A stretch of DNA of 9,242 nucleotides, taken from assembly GCA_018985225.1 (NCBI GenBank), contig JADGIF010000405.1:1-9242 (forward strand), written 5' to 3'. The notes beneath the pieces were generated by a model, which saw only the letters and a list, made by a program, of their open reading frames with translations, did no database searches and was not told the origin of the DNA. Of this stretch, positions 1 to 7,090 are shown piece by piece (position 1 is the stretch's first letter; each line of letters opens with the position of its first letter). A program made the position numbers and the translations under genes. This stretch comes from Amoeboradix gromovi X-113 (lineage: Eukaryota; Fungi; Sanchytriomycota).

Positions 1-210
1 GAATAGCAGTACAGAATATTTATTTTTGAAATTTCGATACAAAAAGTTATTTATTTTCCTTTTATATTCGTCAACTCCGCAACTAGCTGAATGTCCACTC
101 GCCTCTTAAATCCATAAAATTAATAAAGCTGAAATAATGTTCCAAGTTGTTACTGAAAGTTAGTCCAGTTGTTACTGAAAGTTAGTCCAGCTTTTATATT
201 TGATGTCCCA
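1..210 (+). repeat. Copy 1 (truncated by window start) of a dispersed repeat / putative MITE-like element
   Basis: Near-identical to 4670-4826 (same strand) and to the reverse complement of 9131-9242. Shared core: AACTCCGCAACTAGCTGAATGTCCACTCGCCTCTTAAATCCATAAAATTAATAAAGCTGAAATAATGTTCC...TTTTATATTTGATGTCCCA. Similarity stops at GATGTCCCA (210). Confidence 0.95.
145..190 (+). repeat. Perfect 22-bp tandem duplication (AGTTGTTACTGAAAGTTAGTCC x2 + AG) inside repeat copy 1
   Basis: 145-166 is identical to 167-188. The other two copies have a single unit. Confidence 0.95.
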
Positions 211-836
211 GTTGTTTTTATGAGAAAGTATCACTAGGATCATCACCGGATTTGTTTTTCATAGGTTCTCAATATGATTGGCTTCAGCACGTGTTCCACT
301 TAGACCTCGCTATTAGGGGAGCTATGACATGCTGTAAATTATATTCAATCGGGCATCTTTTGGTGTATAGTCGAGTAACTTATAGCATATAGTAGACGTC
401 TTTCGTTGATCTTAACTGATCCGAATAAGAGCAACATTCTATACCTTGGTGCTAAGCAGTTGGGGGTGACCGTTGCGCGTACATTTTAACAAAAATTCTA
501 CTTTTTCTTTCAATATTTTATTGTTTCATTACTTTGAGTTGAACTTGGTAATTCTCATAAAAGAACCCATTTGTACGACTACGTGGATTTTATCGCTCTT
601 ATAGATGAAGATGATAAGTTTATTGAATAAACCATTTACCGAGAATACATTCCTTTTTTCAGTATAAATACTCATCTTTTCTATATACCTTTGCTAGGAT
701 AAAAATGCGATATCGCCGCTATTAATCAATGACAAGTAGCTCTAAACCTCGCGATCCTGAATATGTCATTTGATGGATAACTCCTAGATATAGTGTATAG
801 AAAAGCAGGTCTCTTCATGAGTAGAAAACAAACTTT

Positions 837-1172
837 CTATTTATTTTGGTAAAAATATCTTGTTATTTCCGAAATAATCATCAGCACTTTTTCCTTTTGG
901 GATGCTGCCTCCCTTATAATTAAGTCAATATGGTCTTTTCCAAATGAAATTCCTAGAACCCTTTTGTCACTGTAGTATACCGGATAGTTGAATTCCAGAC
1001 TAAGCAGATCCCCAATATCCCTTCCATTACATATCACGCTGCCGTTTTTCACAGAATACCATCTTCCACCAAGTTCCATTGAGTTCTCTACAAAGTAGCC
1101 CAACACTTTTTCTCGAGTGTTATATATAAGCACTTCATCGCCATTTGATACCAGCTTTAAATGTAGTATCAT
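837..1172 (-). CDS. Hypothetical protein, 111 aa from ATG 1172; faint resemblance to Tubby-C/LURP-one/scramblase-like beta-barrel proteins
   Basis: Open frame MILHLKLVSNG...TRYFYQNK* with protein-like composition, alternating beta-strand patterns and a C-terminal hydrophobic helix (KEKVLMIISEI). AATAAA lies directly before the TAG, as in neighbouring genes. The family guess is weak and by eye only. Confidence 0.5.
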   Translation of the reverse strand: MILHLKLVSNGDEVLIYNTREKVLGYFVENSMELGGRWYSVKNGSVICNGRDIGDLLSLEFNYPVYYSDKRVLGISFGKDHIDLIIREAASQKEKVLMIISEITRYFYQNK

Positions 1173-1426
1173 ATCGCCTCCAAGACTAGCCAAGGAAATT
1201 GGACGTTTTGTAACTATTAGTCATCAATCATGCTGTTGTTATTTCAGGGAGTTCATTGAGTTCGCGATATCACCGCATCATCAGATTGTCTTAAGAGCTC
1301 ATTCATTAATTCCCAATCCAGCCATATATGACGGTAGTACTGTCATTTATAGGTATTACATCACGGGTTAATACGTCTTGTACGTCTAAAGTTAAAACCG
1401 AAGCATACATTTTAATCTAATTCAAA

Positions 1427-2325
1427 ATGCCTGCGATGCCAATAGATATGCAGTTTCCAGAGCATTCTGGTCTTCCTGGATACATCTGGTATAGTGTCCA
1501 CTCCTGTGCATTATTTTCTGAATCATTGAGTGTAATTGGCAGTGTTTATATATTTTATAAAAGTTTTTGTTGCTATAAGCAAGATAAGCTGACTCCAATG
1601 AGAGTTTTACCATTGATGATAAGTATAGGTGATTTCCTGTACGCTGTATTGCATGGAAGCGATCATTCCTACGCTGTTAATTTGAACAAAGGACCAAGCG
1701 GTGATGTATGCTACATGTTTGGACTATTTCTTTGGATTCCATGGAATATTTGCATATTTTCAAGCACAGCTACAGCATGGTACACGTACTCCACAATTAC
1801 TAAAAAACAAAGTCCAAAAACAGGCAAGTATTACTGGAGAATGATAGTTCCAGTATTTTTAGGATCTTTTGTGCCTCCAGTTCTTGCAACTTTAACCGGA
1901 ATGACAGCCCCCAATGGATTTTATTGTGATATTCAAGGATGGTTCACCTTGTATCAGATAGTCGCCAATAACATAATACTTGGTGTCTTAATCTTCTTTT
2001 ATGTCCGATCTTATATCTGCTTGAAGGAACACGTGGGAGAGTTGATGGCTTTAAGCTATAAAAGAATGCAAAATCCTTTCGAGCTGAGTATAGCTAAAAT
2101 GGAAAACGTCATGCATAAACTAGGATCTTATTTGTTGATTCAAATATTTCTATTAGCATGGGCTGATCTCTATAGTATTCTGTCATTCACTGTACCTGAT
2201 ATAACGCAATGGTAAAATAATAATAATGTAGGTGGTTTGTAGTAGTTGGTATATTGATATTTGTAAATTTAGGTGGATTTTTAAATGCTATAGCATATAG
2301 GGACAGGTTCAAAGATAGTGAGTAG
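1427..2325 (+). CDS. 7TM G-protein-coupled receptor, cAMP-receptor (Dicty_CAR)/Git3-like; exons 1427-2211 and 2232-2325, 292 aa
   Basis: The ORF has six hydrophobic helices, a TM2 RVLPLMISIGDFLYAVLHGSDH segment, a Cys at the top of TM3 (DVCYMFG) and an ECL2 Cys (GFYC). Splicing out 2212-2231 adds TM7 WWFVVVGILIFVNLGGFLNAIAYRDRFKDSE*, containing the family GFxNAxxY motif. Confidence 0.88.
2212..2231 (+). other. 20-nt spliceosomal intron (phase 2) GTAAAATAATAATAATGTAG
   Basis: GT...AG and AT-rich. It contains the in-frame TAA that ends the raw ORF, and its removal shifts the frame to give the missing seventh TM helix with GFLNAIAY. Confidence 0.88.
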
Positions 2326-2721
2326 TTCAGTAAATAATCGCTAAACTCCAGCCTTCTTTTTTTACTGTAAAACGCTGGACAAACTATAATTATCTCCAAT
2401 GTTTTGTTAGTTGTTCTCTAGGCGAGAATTGAAGGTGCCAACTTATTTAATTTGCGAGAAGGGTGGTTCATCACTGCTCATTACCCTTCAATGACTTGAA
2501 GATTGTACAACAGCTATATAATTTTGTAAAATAAATCAATTATCGAGAATTTATGTGTATTTTTGTACAGTTGAACGACTTTTCCAGATTTTTCAATATT
2601 TTAAATACTCGATATTCTTCGTTTTCGGAAATGACAAATGGAATCAACGGATTTAATTCTTAATATGCCAAATCTAAAGAATAACTAATAGGTACAGTTT
2701 ACATTCATCAACTTTGAGGAA

Positions 2722-3233
2722 CTAATCCAAGCATGGAACAATTAGTTGTCTTTTAATGCCTAGAAAGGGATCAAGGATAAATATCTTGTTAACCGTTTGT
2801 TTAATGATTCGCACTTGAATGGTCTTACTACATGTACAACAATAGAGATCATATGGCAGCAAGGAACATATATCAAGTATATGCATCCTTATGCAATCTC
2901 GTCTCAGTATAGTGAGAGCATAAGCGATCGCTTTAACGGATTTACTAGCATTGCTAGCTTCTCTGTGGAAATTCTCTATTTTCTCGAAAATCAGGACTTT
3001 TAACGAGTCATCCACATCTTGACACAAAACTGGCAGCACATTGGATGCACCTGCATGACATTGGGTCTCTGCGAGATCTTTGAATAATAGTATTCTTGCA
3101 ATTACCTCAAGTACTATAACTACGGTCGTATTATTCTTCCTTGTATCATTAAATGCATCATGGCATGATTTACTTCTTATTGTTTGTTTGAGGTAGCTAC
3201 ATCGTAACTGGGATAGGGTTTTACGTGCTTCAT
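2722..3233 (-). CDS. Possible orphan Cys-rich protein, 164 aa if a 17-nt intron (3208-3224) is spliced; otherwise a pseudogene or non-coding open frame
   Basis: The minus frame has no stop from 3297 to 2725 (~190 codons) but no 5' in-frame ATG. ATG AAG CAC (3233-3225), GTAAAACCCTATCCCAG, then TTA CGA TGT... joins into this frame. No homolog recognised. Confidence 0.35.
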
Positions 3234-3327
3234 GATTTCTTATCCTGTGATGAAATTTAGCAACGGTTAACGCTAATAAATAAAGTAGAAGTTGATACTA
3301 TATGCGTTTCCGATTATTTTTGTTACA

Positions 3328-4269
3328 ATGCTTGTAATCTCTGTGGCTATTCCGGATGTAGATATCAAATACTCTGGAAAAGTGGTGAAATGCAATCCTG
3401 ATGAAATCTATAAATATATTGAAGACGCAGAATATATATTGTGTACTGTTACCAGCAATTTATTAGATTTGAAAAAAGCAAAAAAATTGAAAATGATATC
3501 TACAATAAGTGTAGGCGTAGACCATATCAACATTAAACATTGTAATGAACAGAAAATCAAGGTTGGATACACTCCAGACGTATTGAGTGATGCAGTGGCC
3601 GATACTGCAATGGGACTGGTTCTTGTTACTACTCGTAAACTACTGGACGCAGCGGCTGCATGCAAGGACCAATCTGTAAAAGACTTCACCATACTAAACG
3701 AACTAGTTGGTACAAGCATTAAGAACAAGGTGGTTGGGATTGTAGGTCTAGGTCGTATTGGATATCAAATTGCAAAGAGATTTTCTGCATTTGGGGTAGA
3801 CAAGATACTTTATTATGGTGTTAATGGTCCTAAGCCTGTAGCAGACTTCAATATAAATCAGGTTGTAATTTCTGTTATTTATGTCCCATTAAATGAACTG
3901 CTTAAAAATAGCGACTTTGTAATCATATCGTGTGCTTTGGATGAAAGCACAACCAATCTATGCAATGAGTCATTCTTTAAGAAAATGAAAAATTCTGCAT
4001 ATTTCTACAACATTGCACGAGGGAAAATTGTGGATACGAATGCATTAGTGCAGGCATTAGAAAGCAAAGAAATAGCTGGATGCGGATTGGATGTTGTTGA
4101 CCCTGAGCCTTTGCCATCAGATCATACACTTTTAAAAATGAAAAACGTTTGCATCTTTCCACATATAGCGAGTGCTAACAAAGAAACAAGGCTAGACATG
4201 TTTAACTTGGCAGTAGAAAACCTGCAACAATTTTGGAAAAATGGGACGATAACTTGCCAATACAAATAA
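3328..4269 (+). CDS. GRHPR: Glyoxylate/hydroxypyruvate reductase (D-isomer-specific 2-hydroxyacid dehydrogenase), 313 aa from ATG 3328
   Basis: Motifs STISVGVDHI and VGYTPDVLSDAVAD, Rossmann GIVGLGRIG, and the catalytic Arg (NIARG), Glu (LDVVDPEP) and His (PHIAS). The first in-frame ATG is at 3328; the track's start at 3292 is TTG. Confidence 0.93.
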   Translation: MLVISVAIPDVDIKYSGKVVKCNPDEIYKYIEDAEYILCTVTSNLLDLKKAKKLKMISTISVGVDHINIKHCNEQKIKVGYTPDVLSDAVADTAMGLVLVTTRKLLDAAAACKDQSVKDFTILNELVGTSIKNKVVGIVGLGRIGYQIAKRFSAFGVDKILYYGVNGPKPVADFNINQVVISVIYVPLNELLKNSDFVIISCALDESTTNLCNESFFKKMKNSAYFYNIARGKIVDTNALVQALESKEIAGCGLDVVDPEPLPSDHTLLKMKNVCIFPHIASANKETRLDMFNLAVENLQQFWKNGTITCQYK

Positions 4270-4391
4270 ACTTTTTCAACAAATAAGTTTTACTTTTCTT
4301 GTTTTAATGTGAGACAATCATCCGTAATTCAAACTTCGATACGGAGTAGAATTTTGTTATCTATCAAGTGATTGTCCACAATAGATAATAA

Positions 4392-4830
4392 TAAGACACC
4401 AAATATAAAAACTAGACAAAGTGGTTTTTAAAGGAGGTGCTCCATAAGGAGGAAATACTATTATTAACAAAAGTCCTTCTTTCATTAATGTCATTCCTCT
4501 CGTTGAAATATATTAGGTCTTTGAGCATCTAAGCAAAAGATGCATTTTCTTAGACGGTACTCTTTCTTCATTTCATTTAATGTTATACTAACATCATTAC
4601 TCTTGTCTATTTCATTGAAGTGTAACAGTGATATTTTATTTGAAATAAAGATTGGATGAAAGAGTAAGAGAATAGCTGTACAGAATATTTATTTTTCTTT
4701 TATACTCGCCAACTCCGCAACTAGCTGAATGTCCCCTCGCCTCTTAAATCCATAAAATTAATAAAGCTGAAATAATGTTCCAAGTTGTTACAGAAAGTTA
4801 GTTCAGTTTTTATATTTGATGTCCCAAATG
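4392..4830. mobile_element. Putative non-autonomous TIR element (MITE-like), ~435 bp; its right part (4670-4830) is repeat copy 2
   Basis: Left end 4394-4417 AGACACCAAATATAAAAACTAGAC versus the reverse complement of 4801-4824, GGACATCAAATATAAAAACTGAAC: 20/24 identical (21/24 to the copy-3 end). The right end coincides with the boundary shared by all three copies. No clean TSD and no transposase seen. Confidence 0.55.
4670..4830 (+). repeat. Copy 2 of the dispersed repeat
   Basis: Aligns to 1-210 with a few substitutions, a 31-bp gap between TATTTATTTT direct repeats and no 22-bp duplication. It shares the terminal CCCAAATG with copy 3. Confidence 0.95.
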
Positions 4831-4968
4831 TAAATTGGCAGTACCAGATTTAAATTTAACTTTGATGATACGGCGGCGAGCTTATGTCATTTTTGGCAAA
4901 TTTAAGCAACCCTTTTCACAGCTGGCAATTTTTAAAATAGATACAAATAGGTGAAGGCGAAATTTAAT

Positions 4969-5583
4969 ATGCTTGCTCTACTATCAGTGGGACTCTCATT
5001 GCTTTCCGAACCAAGAAGTTATACATCCAGAGTAGAGCAATTTAGAGAATACGAAAAATTTACAAAACCCGGTTGGTGGAACAATGTTGTGCCAACATTG
5101 TTTGAGTGCTCTGTAGAACAAGAAACTCAGTTTAGTGGTATCTGGGCAGATGCGTTGGTGAGCAAGGCAGCTGCAATTGGTAAGTTGATCAAAGGCGAGC
5201 CAAAAGCTAATGAATTCTTTGGAGGTACTCCGGACGATATTGTTATTACCTTAAAAGCAATAGCCACTTATTCCAAGGCGTTTATTACTCCATTTAATGT
5301 TACTTGCGTTGAATTTGATGAGTTAGATCAGGTTTATGATCAGAGTGATGAAAAGGGTGCAATGCTTCAACTAGGACCAGATTTCTTTGGTAACAATGTA
5401 AACGGATACAACAGTGCATCAGGGCAGTTAGTCAGCCTTCAAACTCAATTGACTGGTGCAATTTCTAGAAATTTGGATGTTGCAGGTGTCAAGGCATTGG
5501 CAGTTGACTCACCGACTACTGCGTTAGCCACAGCTGAAGCGTATCAGTACTTTTCAGAGAGTGTTCAGTACTATCTAGAATAA
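4969..5583 (+). CDS. Secreted M35-family (peptidyl-Lys metalloendopeptidase/deuterolysin, aspzincin) homolog lacking HExxH; probable pseudopeptidase, 204 aa
   Basis: Hydrophobic N-terminus MLALLSVGLSLLS, then collinear M35-like blocks: FECSVEQETQF, EFFGG, FNVTC, LQLGPDFF, GYNSASGQLVSLQTQLTG (position of DSxAGTLVHExSH) and GVKALAVDSPTTALATAEAYQYFSE (cf. AAKSLA..DPxKAVxNADNxEYFSE). Confidence 0.78.
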   Translation: MLALLSVGLSLLSEPRSYTSRVEQFREYEKFTKPGWWNNVVPTLFECSVEQETQFSGIWADALVSKAAAIGKLIKGEPKANEFFGGTPDDIVITLKAIATYSKAFITPFNVTCVEFDELDQVYDQSDEKGAMLQLGPDFFGNNVNGYNSASGQLVSLQTQLTGAISRNLDVAGVKALAVDSPTTALATAEAYQYFSESVQYYLE

Positions 5584-5592
5584 ATGCAACGA

Positions 5593-6177
5593 TTAGAAAT
5601 TCAGCAATTTATTTTCTTTTGTTTCTTTTTGAAATTTCTTCACCAAACTACTAACTTCTTTAAACTTGGGATGATTAGCATCTTCTAGGATTTGAAATAT
5701 GACAGTTTCTGAGCTAGTTATATCGCATTGCCTGTCCAGTCGGTTTAGTGCGACTTTTTGTTCACCAAAGTTAATACTGCTGATTCCGTCAGATAGAATA
5801 TGAACATTTACATTATGCGCTAATAAATCAATAGCTGTCTGGGTTATGCATACTTGGGCCTCAATGCCATACAGCACAACATTTTGAATCTCGCTTTTAC
5901 GTAAAAATTCGGAAATGCTAGTGAGGACCATGGAAAACTTTGTTTTCGGTTCAACTATAATAGCGTGTGATATGTCTATTTCAGAGCAGGTATGACCAAG
6001 CGCTTTCGGGTATTGCTCAGTAACGACAAGTGGGATATTCATCAACTTAGAGAACTCACTCATCTTTCTTGCAGTATTGATAACATCCTGCATTTGGTAG
6101 ATGTGAGGTCTAAATTTTTCTTGGATGTCGCATAAAAAGAATGCAGTTTTATTTGGTTTGAACAAAAATCTTTGCAT
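5593..6177 (-). CDS. ISOC2: Isochorismatase domain-containing protein (ISOC1/ISOC2, YcaC-related cysteine hydrolase fold), 194 aa from ATG 6177
   Basis: Motifs TAFFLCDIQEKFRP, IPLVVTEQYPKALGHT, KTKFSM, VVLYGIEAQVCITQTAIDLL and ETVIFQILEDANHPKFKEVS are hallmark ISOC1/2 motifs, with the Asp-Lys-Cys triad present. Confidence 0.93.
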   Translation of the reverse strand: MQRFLFKPNKTAFFLCDIQEKFRPHIYQMQDVINTARKMSEFSKLMNIPLVVTEQYPKALGHTCSEIDISHAIIVEPKTKFSMVLTSISEFLRKSEIQNVVLYGIEAQVCITQTAIDLLAHNVNVHILSDGISSINFGEQKVALNRLDRQCDITSSETVIFQILEDANHPKFKEVSSLVKKFQKETKENKLLNF

Positions 6178-6460
6178 TAACTCAAAACAAGGAACAAGAT
6201 AGGAAAATAATATTTTACTTTTACAACTACGTATACTGCTTTGAGACTCTGTAGAAACTTCAATCAAGGATGAACTCCATGAATGTATCTTTGCTTAGAC
6301 CTACATGTAATATTTTGAATTGCGATAGCTTTTTTGGCTGAAAATGATGTAATATTAAGTGCCGGGGCAATCTCTCTGGCTGTATGACTCCACAGGTTAT
6401 GTTCGTAGCCGGCTTATTACGATATAAAACAACTCCTTATCAGTGTCGATCAATTAGCTG

Positions 6461-6886
6461 ATGATAATCCTAGTTATTTTGACTGTGTATGCATGGGCAG
6501 AAGTTACTCCATGCGATGGAGAAGCAGGATCGTTCACTCCATTTAAAATTGAGTTTCCAGATGAGCTACCAATTGGTGAAGAGAGCTGGTTTACAGTTCG
6601 TGGTAACTTTTCCAAAACTATTACTGCTGGTAAAATTACTGCGCATGTGTATAAAGGATGGCTTAAAATGAGAACTGTTGTTGATGACCTCTGTGAAAAG
6701 ACTGACTGTCCAATTAGTGATGGTGAAGAAATCAATAGTTATATATTAGTACCGAAGAACAGCATAGCATGGACTTATAAGTTAATAGTGGATATTACCG
6801 ATCAAGATGAGGAAAGAGTAGGGTGCTTTCAAGTTCCTATGAAGTTTGTACGACACAAATCACAGAACGTCGATGAAAGTGAATAA
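6461..6886 (+). CDS. NPC2: ML-domain (NPC2 / phosphatidylglycerol-phosphatidylinositol transfer protein-like) secreted lipid-binding protein, 141 aa
   Basis: Signal peptide MIILVILTVYAWA, an N-terminal PC, the DLCEKTDCPI motif and a C-terminal YKLIVDITDQDEERVGCF. The four-Cys pattern and size match fungal/plant ML proteins. Confidence 0.87.
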   Translation: MIILVILTVYAWAEVTPCDGEAGSFTPFKIEFPDELPIGEESWFTVRGNFSKTITAGKITAHVYKGWLKMRTVVDDLCEKTDCPISDGEEINSYILVPKNSIAWTYKLIVDITDQDEERVGCFQVPMKFVRHKSQNVDESE

Positions 6887-7090
6887 AAATTTATGAATTT
6901 ATAAATTAAACTCTATAAGTCTCGCAAACAGCCTTAAAAACACCGGTTTTAACTGATACACATAATGTGTACTTGAAGGGATCCTGGCTTAAAAGACTGG
7001 TGCTGAATGTGTTTTATCAAGGGACGCTTTTGTATTTGAAGGCTTTGAAGTCGCTTTATCCTAGCATTAATCAAAAATTTTCAATAGTAA

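Noticed and set aside
1-210. Repeat as CRISPR array, telomere or hammerhead ribozyme
   Set aside because: No repeat-spacer periodicity, no short tandem telomeric unit, no CUGAnGA...GAAA core with supporting stems, and the context is eukaryotic.
538-852. Protein-like plus frame with scattered stops (possible pseudogene)
   Set aside because: Stop density is about what AT-rich non-coding DNA gives, and no family was recognised.
1117-1371. 84-aa plus-strand ORF
   Set aside because: Non-ATG start, overlaps the minus ORF and has no recognisable features.
2318-2351. Possible second GPCR intron GTGAGT...CTAAACTCCAG (34 nt)
   Set aside because: Not needed: the protein already ends plausibly after TM7, and nothing conserved is gained. 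RNA data would be required.
2601-2739. Extension of the orphan minus gene via 18-nt (2739-2722) and 22-nt (2695-2674) GT-AG segments
   Set aside because: It requires two more assumed introns, one with a poor GTTCCA donor, and there is no homology to validate it.
2885-2928. ATCCTTATGC resembling the yeast U4 snRNA 5' end, within a hairpin
   Set aside because: The match is only about 10-11 nt, with no further U4 features or properly placed Sm site; it lies within the long minus frame.
3838-3861. In-frame 24-nt GT-AG segment in GRHPR as a cryptic intron
   Set aside because: The frame is open without splicing, the donor GTAGCA is unlike the supported introns, and this loop varies in length in the family.
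6930-6975. Short palindromes TTAAAA..TTTTAA and TACACA-TAA-TGTGTA between NPC2 and DNAJC11
   Set aside because: Six-bp AT-rich stems are expected by chance, and no snRNA, snoRNA or tRNA motifs were found.
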